Part shown: one piece after another, positions 17,676 to 26,459 of the stretch
How positions within the stretch are numbered: the first letter of the stretch is position 1
Layout of the letters: each line of letters starts with the position of its first letter
Source of the DNA: a virus
Strand: one strand, 5' to 3'
DNA length: 64,000 nucleotides
Virus record (IMG/VR): IMGVR_UViG_3300036790_000219
Span: 32,001 to 96,000 of that record
The notes under the pieces: model-generated
Databases searched by the model: none
Told to the model about the DNA's origin: nothing
The model's input: the letters and a program-made list of their open reading frames with translations, nothing else
Translations under genes and position numbers: made by a program

Positions 17676-18231
17676 ACTGACTTCGTTGTTGAAGGGACTG
17701 ACGCTTGCGGCGGCAGTTCTCCTGGTTGCTGCGGTTCTGATTGCTCAGCCTTGGCGGGCTTCGGCCCAAGTGCCTTCGCTGACGGGGCCGTACAATATTG
17801 ACCTTGGTAAGGTGTTGGCGTTCACGAATCTGTTGAACACGGCATCTGCGCAGAGTCCGGCCGGCTCAACCTACTCGACTACTCCAGTCAACTACAGCAG
17901 CAAGGGCCTCATTTGCTCTCTGACGATTACTGGCAATTCAGCTTCGGGTTCGCCCTCGCTTGCCTGGAGCATTCAACAGTACGACGCCGCTTCCAACTCC
18001 TGGTTCACTCTCGTGACCCAAACGATTGTGGGGCCAACAGGTAGTGGTATTTACCCCGCACCAGCGGTATTGGAAGTTGCACCGGGCATTGCTGTTTCCA
18101 GCTTGCCCACGAACCTGGCAGCTGCCAATCTAGTGATACCGCGTATTTGGCGCGTCAATGTTGCGCCTTCTGGTAGTGTAGGAGGTACCTACGTTAGCGG
18201 TTACGTTGGCTGCAACCTGGTCAATGGCTAA
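17668..18231 (+). CDS. Signal-peptide-bearing beta-rich protein
   Basis: MRKLTSLLKGLTLAAAVLLVAA...ASA-Q; Ser/Thr-rich beta strands. Confidence 0.7.
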   Translation: MRKLTSLLKGLTLAAAVLLVAAVLIAQPWRASAQVPSLTGPYNIDLGKVLAFTNLLNTASAQSPAGSTYSTTPVNYSSKGLICSLTITGNSASGSPSLAWSIQQYDAASNSWFTLVTQTIVGPTGSGIYPAPAVLEVAPGIAVSSLPTNLAAANLVIPRIWRVNVAPSGSVGGTYVSGYVGCNLVNG

Positions 18232-18233
18232 CA

Positions 18234-19364
18234 GTGCGGTTGGCTTTACTCACCTTCGTAGTCTCGGTTGCTTACCTGCCTCTGCCGTCATACTCGACGG
18301 CGGGCAGGTGGGCCGCGTGCGCGTTACTTGTCGGGATGCTTTGGCAGTCCAGGCCTAAGATGGGTCCAGCGCACTGGATGGGTCTGGTATTTGTAGTGTG
18401 GTGTTTCCTCAACTTCTTTTGGTCGATGGGGAAGCTCGACACTATTAATCAGCTTTACCACATACTACTTCTGGCAGGTGTCTTCTTTGTTGCAAGTGCA
18501 GAGACAGACTTAAAGCCTACGGCAATTGCCTTGGGCTGTGGAGTTGCGGTTTCCGCAGTAATCGCACTTTTGCAACTGTCTGGTTATCATCCTGTGGCTG
18601 CAGTTACGCAAGGCAGTTTTGGTTGGGGCGGTGCGGGGCTGTTCTTGAACAAGGACTTTTTCGCACAAGTTGCCTCACCTTCGTTGCTGCTCTCAGCAGG
18701 ACTCGGTCTCTGGGCTATGGTACCAGCGGCGTTATTTGCTGTTGTAGCCACCACATCACGAGAAGCCTGGATTGCTACGGTGGTAGGCGGTATGGTTCTG
18801 CTCTGGTGGAAGCTGCCTTCTTTGCAGTGGCGAATTTTCTGCGCCTTTGTCCTTCTGGTCGTGGGGGCAGTTCTACTACGCTTTGATCTAAACTTTTTGC
18901 ACGGCGGGCGGTTAACTAGCCTCAATGACCGGCTGGCTTTCTGGCAGTACACCTTGCCAAATATCACCTGGTTGGGATATGGGTTAGGAACGTATCCGCT
19001 TCTGTGGCCCGGTTGGCAGCATGCGCATAATGAGTTTTTGGAACTTGCTTTTGAAATTGGTGGGGGTGTGGTGCCTCTTATCGGAGTATTTGTTTATGCA
19101 CTCGGTGGTTCCGTTTCCCTCCCGGCGCGAGCCGCTCTGGTCTCTCTTCTGGTCTCAGCTTGCACGTACTTCCCCTTCCACCAGCCCACCACTGCATTTC
19201 TGGCAGCACTTCTGGCGGGCCATTTATGTGGTGGTCGTGATCGGCTTCGCTATGCTCAATCTGAAGGCCGAGTATATCGCCGGGAAGGCGCTCGGAACCC
19301 CGAACCTGCTAGCACAGGCGCGCTATGCGGGGCTAATCTCGGCCGCGCAGATTTACCCCTTTGA
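18234..19364 (+). CDS. O-antigen ligase / O-oligosaccharyltransferase-like membrane protein (Wzy_C)
   Basis: About 11-12 hydrophobic segments; SREAW, DRLAFW, LGYGLGTY, HAHNEFLELAFEIG. Confidence 0.82.
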   Translation: MRLALLTFVVSVAYLPLPSYSTAGRWAACALLVGMLWQSRPKMGPAHWMGLVFVVWCFLNFFWSMGKLDTINQLYHILLLAGVFFVASAETDLKPTAIALGCGVAVSAVIALLQLSGYHPVAAVTQGSFGWGGAGLFLNKDFFAQVASPSLLLSAGLGLWAMVPAALFAVVATTSREAWIATVVGGMVLLWWKLPSLQWRIFCAFVLLVVGAVLLRFDLNFLHGGRLTSLNDRLAFWQYTLPNITWLGYGLGTYPLLWPGWQHAHNEFLELAFEIGGGVVPLIGVFVYALGGSVSLPARAALVSLLVSACTYFPFHQPTTAFLAALLAGHLCGGRDRLRYAQSEGRVYRREGARNPEPASTGALCGANLGRADLPL

Positions 19365-19443
19365 TCGGAATTTACGGAACGCTCCTGAGAGCTTTCGTAA
19401 GGACTATAACCGCATCGTCCGTTCTGGAGGCACTCACCCATGA
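19228..19443 (+). CDS. Overlapping small membrane-anchored ORF
   Basis: Alternate frame VVVVIGFAMLNLKAEY...AQIYPFDRNLR ends in an ATGA overlap with the next gene. Confidence 0.45.
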   Translation: MVVVIGFAMLNLKAEYIAGKALGTPNLLAQARYAGLISAAQIYPFDRNLRNAPESFRKDYNRIVRSGGTHP

Positions 19444-19844
19444 CTCGTTTGATAAAACTGTGTCTTATTGCGACGCTGCTTCTGCCGCTGCAACTTTTTG
19501 CCCAGAGTTACTTTGACGTTCGGGTTTTCTTTCCAGCATTAACGGCTGGGGCTACCACGGTTAAGAGTACTCCGGGGACATTGCTCTCAGCAGCCTGCTA
19601 CAATCCAAATGCGGTTGGGGTGTGGCTACAATTCTTTGATACGGCTTCGTCAATTACATTAGGAACTACGATTCCAATATTTCAGTGGTATATCGCACCG
19701 TCACAAGTTACGGGGCCGATGCCACCACCAACGGCGTCCCATATTTATTCAGCAGCAAATAGTATGCGAGTTGCTGTTACAACAACGGCGGGCGGTTCTA
19801 CCGCTCCAAGCTCGGCTGTTCCTTGCGAATTTGATATCCGCTAG
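19440..19844 (+). CDS. Signal-peptide-bearing small beta-sandwich protein
   Basis: MTRLIKLCLIATLLLPLQLFA-Q; Thr/Ser-rich. Confidence 0.7.
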   Translation: MTRLIKLCLIATLLLPLQLFAQSYFDVRVFFPALTAGATTVKSTPGTLLSAACYNPNAVGVWLQFFDTASSITLGTTIPIFQWYIAPSQVTGPMPPPTASHIYSAANSMRVAVTTTAGGSTAPSSAVPCEFDIR

Positions 19845-19845
19845 T

Positions 19846-20045
19846 AGGGCCGAACTCCAGCTGTTGGCGGGTGGCAGACGCCCAGCGAATACACGGCTTC
19901 GATCAGTAGGTCCTGCGATGGACTATGGCATACCGGTTGTCACAGTCCAAGAGACATAGTCTGAAATCGGAGCAAACGACGGAATCTGAGGTTTCAAACC
20001 TGGAATCCGCCAGGAAGTTTCAACAGGCCGTCCTGCCACACCATT
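19846..20045 (+). ncRNA. Candidate structured non-coding RNA
   Basis: Intergenic 200 nt with several complementary segments including a possible pseudoknot; strand not established. Confidence 0.4.
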
Positions 20046-20066
20046 TTCATTAGATGAGGTTCCACG

Positions 20067-20495
20067 ATGCCTAGCACTGCTGTGGCTTCTAAGCCCGTTA
20101 TCGAAGTGAAGAACAGTGCGGTTCGTCAACCGAATGGCCATCTTCTGATTGGTTGTGAAGCTTGTGGGTCAATAGGTATAAATCACACAATCAGCAAGAC
20201 GCGGGTTTCCACATCGCAAAACGATGCCGCGCTAAAGACACATAAGCAGCGTATTGAAGCCCGCTGGCTAGCTTTTGAAGCACAATACAACGTGCTCGCT
20301 AAGGCTTCGAAGAGGAACCCTGGTGCTAAGGAAGAACTGGATACTTTGAAAGCCTCCTTCGAGAAAGAGATGGAAGAACTCCTGAAAGCAGCACCAAAAG
20401 ATACTTCCTTCACTCGGGTGAATACCTGCCCGTGGTGTAAGAAGCCTTTGAATGTGCAAGTGCAGGAGTTGGTTGCTGAGGAGAAGCTTCTGTGA
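20067..20495 (+). CDS. Hypothetical protein with two CxxC motifs
   Basis: CEACG and CPWCK flank a helical insert. Confidence 0.6.
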   Translation: MPSTAVASKPVIEVKNSAVRQPNGHLLIGCEACGSIGINHTISKTRVSTSQNDAALKTHKQRIEARWLAFEAQYNVLAKASKRNPGAKEELDTLKASFEKEMEELLKAAPKDTSFTRVNTCPWCKKPLNVQVQELVAEEKLL

Positions 20496-23400
20496 GAAAG
20501 CTACTCTCTGTAATCTTGGTACTCGCAGCGTTTGTACTGCCGACGTCAGCTTGGGCTGCTGCCACCAAGGTTTCGTTGGTGTGGCAGAGTACTGGTCGTC
20601 TGCCTAGTGCTACAAGTGTTACCGCAACGCCAGCGACCACACAACTACCTACTGGCAACGGTAATGTGGTTTGGGTTTGTAACGTTGGTGTGCAGGATGC
20701 CTATATTGCCGTCGGCGGAAGTTCGATCACGGTGTCTGCTACCACGGGCACGTGGCTGAAAGCTGGAACCTGTGGAACTTACGATTTGCAACCGCTGTCT
20801 GCTAGTCAACCAATTTATGGCTATATTGCAGCTGTAACTGCAACCAGTACAACAAATTTGGAAATTGAAACAGGCCTCGGCACCCCACCAACTTCGAGTG
20901 GTGGGGGCGGCGGTGGCGGTGGCTCGGTTACGCAGGGAACGGTCCCGTGGTCTGACAACGTCACAACCTGGGCCAACGGCACATTAGGGGCCATGGCTGA
21001 TTATGGTACCTCACCGGGCGCGGTTTTGGTACCGGGGGTCAACGCATTTATTACCAACACCCCCTCGGTTGCTCAGTCTGGAGCCTGGACGGTTGGTGGT
21101 ACCGGAAACTTTACGGTCGTTCAGCCGACCGGCACAAATTTACACGTAGTTTGCGACAGTGGCTGTAGTGGTAGTGGTGGTAGCGCCACCTTTGGTTCGA
21201 CCTTCCCGACGACAGGTACTGCCGTTGGCATGTCCCAAGGCGGCAATATGGTCGCTTTCACAGGGACGTCTGACAGTCTCAACACTAATGTTACCAATAC
21301 ATCGCTTACCGTAGCCCAAGCCACGGCTGCGAGCCTCAATGCTACCGTTGTGGGGACCGGTACGTTTGCGGTGCAATTGAGCGGGTCAACAAACAATATC
21401 AACAACATTGGAGGTACGATCTCGTTGCCAACGGGGGCTGCGACGTCGGCCAACCAGTCTACCGAGATTACTTCTCTTGGGACTATCGCTACTAACACCA
21501 GCACGCTCGCGGGAGCAGTTTCTGCATCAGTACTACAAAATAATGTTAAGCAGTGGGACGGAACAGCCCTTGGCGCTCCGTCAAATTATGGCACCGCTCC
21601 GGGGGCTGTGGCAGTTATTGGGGTAAATGCTTTTGTCACCAACACCCCTGCAGTTTCGCAGTCGGGTTCGTGGACGGTAGCGGGAACTGGTAGTTTCACT
21701 GTAGCCCAGGCCACCGGCACAAACTTGCATATGGTGTGTGATAGCGGATGCTCGTCGAGCTCGGCACCGGCTGATGAGTCGGCGTTTACGGCTGGTACTA
21801 CCTCTCAAACTCCTGTCGGTGGCTTCTATCAAACGACGGCAACGAGCAACCCATTGACTACCGGGCAGATGGGCGCTTTCCAAGTCACGGCAAATCGTGC
21901 GTTATTCACAAACTTACGCAACTCTTCGGGTGTTGAGATCGGGACGTCGTCCACTCCTGTGCAAGTCTCCCTCGCAAATACAGCCGCGAATGCGACCGCG
22001 TTGTTAGTTACGGCCAACGCGGGCACCGGGACCTTTGGGATGAACTTATCCCAACTCGATGGTTCCGCGCTTGGGGCACCTTCCAATTATGGGACGTCGC
22101 CGGGTGCGGTCGCGGTTCAGGGTGTTAACGCATACGTTACAAATACTCCTGCAGTGACCCAGTCCGGAACCTGGACTAGTACGGTTACTCAGCCGACGGC
22201 CGCTAATCTTAACGCTACCGTTGTGGGCACTGGAACCTTTGCGGTACAAGATTCGACGACCGAGACTAATACCGGCACGATTGCTGGAGCCGTGACCGCC
22301 TCGGTTTTGCAGGGTAACGTAAAACAGATTAACGGTATCACCACTCTGGCTGGTGCTGGTGCGGTCGGGACCGGATCGCTTCGAGTGGCTGTAGGCCAGG
22401 ATACGGCGACCATCGCCGGTTCGGCACCGGGCACGGCGGGGTCCGCTTCCGCGAACGTCATTACAGTTCAGGGCGTCACCTCGATGACTCCGGTACAGGT
22501 CAGTCAGGCCACCGCTGCGAATCTGAATGCGACGGTAGTTGGTACCGGTACCTTCGCGACGCAGCTGACCGGTTCGACGAACAATATTAATAACATCTCT
22601 GGGACAATAACTCTTCCGACCGGAGCGGCGACCTCAGCGAACCAGACAACTGAGATAACAAGTCTCGGAACTATCGCTGGTGCCGTGTCGTCGTCGGTCG
22701 TTCAGAGCAATGTGAAACAAGTCGCTGGAATCGCTCTCGGTTCACCCTCCAACTATGGCACCGCTCCTGGGGCTGTCGAGGTTCAGGGTGTTAATGCGAA
22801 TGTTACCAACACGGTCGCTATCTCGGCAACTTCGCTGCCGCTGCCGACCGGGGCGGCAACTTCCGCGCTTCAAACCACCATCAACTCGACTCTTGGGTCG
22901 CCATTCCAGGCCGGGGGTTCTATCGGTAACTCTACGTTCGGGGCGACGCTGAATACGACGCCCTCGCTCGCCAATGGCAACGGTGTGGTACCGACGCAAG
23001 GCGGCGCGGTTCTCAGTGCGACTAACGGCTGGTACGGTAATCTGCTACAGGGCAATGCTGTACTTTCCGCCACCAACCCAGTCTTTGCGTCGATCACAGA
23101 CGGCACGAATAAAGCAGCCGTAAAAGCAGCCTCGACAGCGCCCGTTTCAACTGATCCTTCGCTCGTCGTCGGCATCAACCCGAACAGCATCAACGCCAAC
23201 GGTCAGGCGACGATGGCGAACTCGGCACCAGCCGCCATTGCCAGTAATCAGAGCTACGTTGACCCCTGTGCCAGCCCCGGCATTGCCAAGTCGAGCGTTC
23301 AAATAGCCATCAGCTCGGCTACCACAACTCAACTGGTGGCGATTTCAGGGACGACGGCAATCTATGTCTGCCATTTCGACTTTACGCTGAATGATTCGGT

Positions 23401-23629
23401 TACCACGGCTAACACGGTGCAGTTTGAGTATGGGACATCGACCAATTGCACGGGGACCAATAAGTTAACGGGCACTTACGGAACCGGGAGCGTGACTGCC
23501 GGTATCCCGGTTCACATCGCCGCCGGCTACGGCGGGACGCTCTTTACTGCTCCAGCCTCGAACGGGCTTTGTATTTTAAGCGCGGGCTCCCCCGACATTG
23601 AGGGCGTCTTGACCTACGTGCAACAATAG
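20492..23629 (+). CDS. 1045-aa Ser/Thr/Ala/Gly-rich repetitive fibre-like protein with signal peptide
   Basis: MRKLLSVILVLAAFVLPTSAWA; four YGT(S/A)PGAVxVxGVNA repeats; repeated ATAAxLNATVVGTGTFA and LPTGAATSA. Confidence 0.8.
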   Translation: MRKLLSVILVLAAFVLPTSAWAAATKVSLVWQSTGRLPSATSVTATPATTQLPTGNGNVVWVCNVGVQDAYIAVGGSSITVSATTGTWLKAGTCGTYDLQPLSASQPIYGYIAAVTATSTTNLEIETGLGTPPTSSGGGGGGGGSVTQGTVPWSDNVTTWANGTLGAMADYGTSPGAVLVPGVNAFITNTPSVAQSGAWTVGGTGNFTVVQPTGTNLHVVCDSGCSGSGGSATFGSTFPTTGTAVGMSQGGNMVAFTGTSDSLNTNVTNTSLTVAQATAASLNATVVGTGTFAVQLSGSTNNINNIGGTISLPTGAATSANQSTEITSLGTIATNTSTLAGAVSASVLQNNVKQWDGTALGAPSNYGTAPGAVAVIGVNAFVTNTPAVSQSGSWTVAGTGSFTVAQATGTNLHMVCDSGCSSSSAPADESAFTAGTTSQTPVGGFYQTTATSNPLTTGQMGAFQVTANRALFTNLRNSSGVEIGTSSTPVQVSLANTAANATALLVTANAGTGTFGMNLSQLDGSALGAPSNYGTSPGAVAVQGVNAYVTNTPAVTQSGTWTSTVTQPTAANLNATVVGTGTFAVQDSTTETNTGTIAGAVTASVLQGNVKQINGITTLAGAGAVGTGSLRVAVGQDTATIAGSAPGTAGSASANVITVQGVTSMTPVQVSQATAANLNATVVGTGTFATQLTGSTNNINNISGTITLPTGAATSANQTTEITSLGTIAGAVSSSVVQSNVKQVAGIALGSPSNYGTAPGAVEVQGVNANVTNTVAISATSLPLPTGAATSALQTTINSTLGSPFQAGGSIGNSTFGATLNTTPSLANGNGVVPTQGGAVLSATNGWYGNLLQGNAVLSATNPVFASITDGTNKAAVKAASTAPVSTDPSLVVGINPNSINANGQATMANSAPAAIASNQSYVDPCASPGIAKSSVQIAISSATTTQLVAISGTTAIYVCHFDFTLNDSVTTANTVQFEYGTSTNCTGTNKLTGTYGTGSVTAGIPVHIAAGYGGTLFTAPASNGLCILSAGSPDIEGVLTYVQQ

Positions 23630-23630
23630 C

Positions 23631-26060
23631 ATGCGTCGCCTGTCCACTGCGCTATTGCTGCTCCTGATCTGGAGCCCGGTCTGGGCGGCTGGGTTGTTGC
23701 AGTTCGGTGCCGCACCCTGGCAAACCTATTACTACGTCAATGCCGCGACCGGCTCCGACAGCAATGCCGGGACCTCGCCCGCACTAGCCTGGGCGACACT
23801 GCATAAGGTCAACAATTCGGTTTTCGCTGCGAACAGTGTCGTGTTTCTGCAAGGCAGTTTCTCCGGCGGCGACAACGGCCTTATCATCACCACGACGGTT
23901 GCGCCGAGCGGCAAGCTGACCATCACGACTTACGGTGCTGGTGCGACGATTAATTCCGGCAACTCGACGGCGTGTGTAACGGCGACAGACGTCCCGAGTT
24001 TCAAGTTCACGGGTGTTGCATGCGTAGGCGGCGGCAACCTAACAAATACGACGGCCGGAATTTCTGTCGTCAATGACCAGTCCGGCAACACATCACTCGC
24101 GGGGCCGACGATCTCCGGCATCACCGTTTCAGGCTACGGCAGCAATTGTATCGAGATTAAAGGCACCAGTGGCACGTCCGGTTTTAACGGCGTCGATATC
24201 ACCAGGACTACCGCGCACGACTGCACCGGGAATGTCTTACCTGAAACAGTCCTGAACGGATCGTCCTGCATCACCGGCTTTTCAGGGCCGGCGAGCGGGA
24301 CGACAAGTGCGTTCTCGAACGTCTCTATTACCTACACCACCGTCTATAATTGCACTGGGATCGCTACCGCTACCGCGACCAACGGCAACGGCGTCACTTT
24401 CTTTCAGGTCAATGGCCTGACGATGAAATACAACGTCGCCCGCGACATCGGGACGGCAGTTACCTCGTGCGGCGGCGCTGGCGCATTCTGGACTCAAGAT
24501 GCCACTAATGCCGACGTCGAATATAACGAAGCCTACCACATCCATCATGGCTCGGGCGGCTGTGACGGCGACGGTTTCGATCTGGACGTCTGTGTCACCA
24601 ATTCGATTGTGGCGCACAATTACGCTCACGACAACGACAGCTACGATTACCTGACCGATCCCGGTTCCGACGGCTTTGGCTGCTCGGCGTGGGGCAACAA
24701 TACGATCGCCTGGAACATCGGCCAGCTCGCTGGCTTGGGCGAACTGGCGCTGGCCATGACCGGCAACGCGACCGGAGCGCTTTACGCGTACAACAATACT
24801 TTCTACTGCGTTGGCTCCGGAACGTGTTTTCTCGAAGCCGATAGCGGCACGCAGAGCGCAACGATTGCCAACAATATTTTCATCGGTCTCGGCGGCGCTG
24901 ACATTCTCAAACTGACAACGACCAGTTCTATCGATTTCTTGGGCAATGACTACGTTACGACCACCGGCGTTCCCAGTTTTAATTGGGGCGGTACGACCTA
25001 CTCCACCTTCGCGGCATGGCAGAGCGCCTCGGGACAGGAAAAAATCAACGGCAGCAATGTCGGGCTGACTGTCAATCCGCAAATCTACGTGCCGGGCGGC
25101 GGCTGGGCCAATGGCGGCTATGTGCCCGCCAATTTGTACGCTTACAATCTGCAGGCCGCGTCGCCGATGATCGGCGCCGGTCAGACCTACGCAACGCTCG
25201 GCATTCCGTCTCCGATCCTGACGGATTACTACGGCGTCGCTGTCAGCGCAGGTAGCCCACCCGTCGGTGCAGCGAATGGAGACTTCGGCACCTTCGTGGC
25301 ATCGTGTACCCCGACGAGCAATTACCTCGCGCGAGTGTCGAGCTTCACCAAGCTTGACGAGGTCAACTACAATTCGCTGCTGTGCGGCGAGAATTCCGAC
25401 GGCGATCTGCCTCTGATTGATGTTGAAAATATCTGGGCGGCACCAAATCACGCTGCGGCACTGCTCAATCTTGTTAGCAACAACCATAATTCCACCGAGA
25501 ACGGCACGGTGACATTCAGCGCGCGCGTGGGCATCACGGGTGACGCATCGACCGGCTATGAGGACCCGGCTTTCACACCATCGACGGCGGCCGGCAACTA
25601 TACTCAAAACATCGCAACTGTTGGCGGGTATCTCACCAATAGCCGAACGACGGTGGAAAACTGGAACATCCTGGGCGCGACTGACACGACCAATACCTAT
25701 GAAACTAACATTTCGCCCTATACTACCGGGCCGGACGTATTTGCCGACGTTAACAGTGAAATCGGAACGGAAGCCGGGAGCACGAACGCACAGGGTCAGT
25801 GGCTCGCGCAGCGGCTCTCTACTACGTCCGAGGCAATCTACAAAAACGGGGCCAGCGTCAAACTTTCAACTACCGATACGACTACCAGTCTGCTGAACAA
25901 CAAGCTGCTAATCGCGGCGGAGACTGCGCCAAATGGCACGGCGGAGAATTTCTCTGGCGATACGTTTGCGGCTAGCGTCATTGGCGGAGCAATTTCACCT
26001 TTGAATGTGTCCAATCGCATCAACTCATTCATGCAAGCCTATGGTATCAATGTGTATTGA
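23631..26060 (+). CDS. Signal-peptide-bearing right-handed beta-helix (pectin-lyase-like) protein
   Basis: YYVNAATGSDSNAGTS...WATLHKVN; CDGDGFDLD; PbH-like repeats; many Cys. Confidence 0.78.
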   Translation: MRRLSTALLLLLIWSPVWAAGLLQFGAAPWQTYYYVNAATGSDSNAGTSPALAWATLHKVNNSVFAANSVVFLQGSFSGGDNGLIITTTVAPSGKLTITTYGAGATINSGNSTACVTATDVPSFKFTGVACVGGGNLTNTTAGISVVNDQSGNTSLAGPTISGITVSGYGSNCIEIKGTSGTSGFNGVDITRTTAHDCTGNVLPETVLNGSSCITGFSGPASGTTSAFSNVSITYTTVYNCTGIATATATNGNGVTFFQVNGLTMKYNVARDIGTAVTSCGGAGAFWTQDATNADVEYNEAYHIHHGSGGCDGDGFDLDVCVTNSIVAHNYAHDNDSYDYLTDPGSDGFGCSAWGNNTIAWNIGQLAGLGELALAMTGNATGALYAYNNTFYCVGSGTCFLEADSGTQSATIANNIFIGLGGADILKLTTTSSIDFLGNDYVTTTGVPSFNWGGTTYSTFAAWQSASGQEKINGSNVGLTVNPQIYVPGGGWANGGYVPANLYAYNLQAASPMIGAGQTYATLGIPSPILTDYYGVAVSAGSPPVGAANGDFGTFVASCTPTSNYLARVSSFTKLDEVNYNSLLCGENSDGDLPLIDVENIWAAPNHAAALLNLVSNNHNSTENGTVTFSARVGITGDASTGYEDPAFTPSTAAGNYTQNIATVGGYLTNSRTTVENWNILGATDTTNTYETNISPYTTGPDVFADVNSEIGTEAGSTNAQGQWLAQRLSTTSEAIYKNGASVKLSTTDTTTSLLNNKLLIAAETAPNGTAENFSGDTFAASVIGGAISPLNVSNRINSFMQAYGINVY

Positions 26061-26237
26061 GAGTGGGGGAGATCTCTTCGGCCACGGTCCACAGGCCGAT
26101 GGTCCCGGACAATCCCATCTTGCCAAAGCCCCGCGAATCATGCGCCCTGACCATCCTTGTCCGCGCGCTACAGGAGCCGACATGACACGTCTGGCAGGCA
26201 CCGTGAAATCACCGTTCAATGATTGGAGGACAAAACA

Positions 26238-26456
26238 GTGAATGATAATGTTACCCATTTGCAGACCACGGTTAAGACTGATATTGAAAAGGCAAGAGAG
26301 TATCGGGAACGTATGCTTGTGCCACTTCAGGAAATCTGCAAGGTTGTTAGCGAGGCCAAGCGCGATGGTATTATTATAAGTTACCAAACAGCTGCTGACG
26401 GTCTTGGCAATCAGTTCATAGCGAACCTTTCTACGCTGAAAGAACTGAAGGATTAG
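26238..26456 (+). CDS. Hypothetical protein
   Basis: GTG start after a ggagg RBS. Confidence 0.6.
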   Translation: MNDNVTHLQTTVKTDIEKAREYRERMLVPLQEICKVVSEAKRDGIIISYQTAADGLGNQFIANLSTLKELKD

Positions 26457-26459
26457 GCT

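Noticed and set aside
24282-25607. 441-aa minus-strand ORF and similar antisense ORFs (50325, 28666, 63035)
   Set aside because: Shadow frames of GC-rich genes with codon bias; no recognisable motifs
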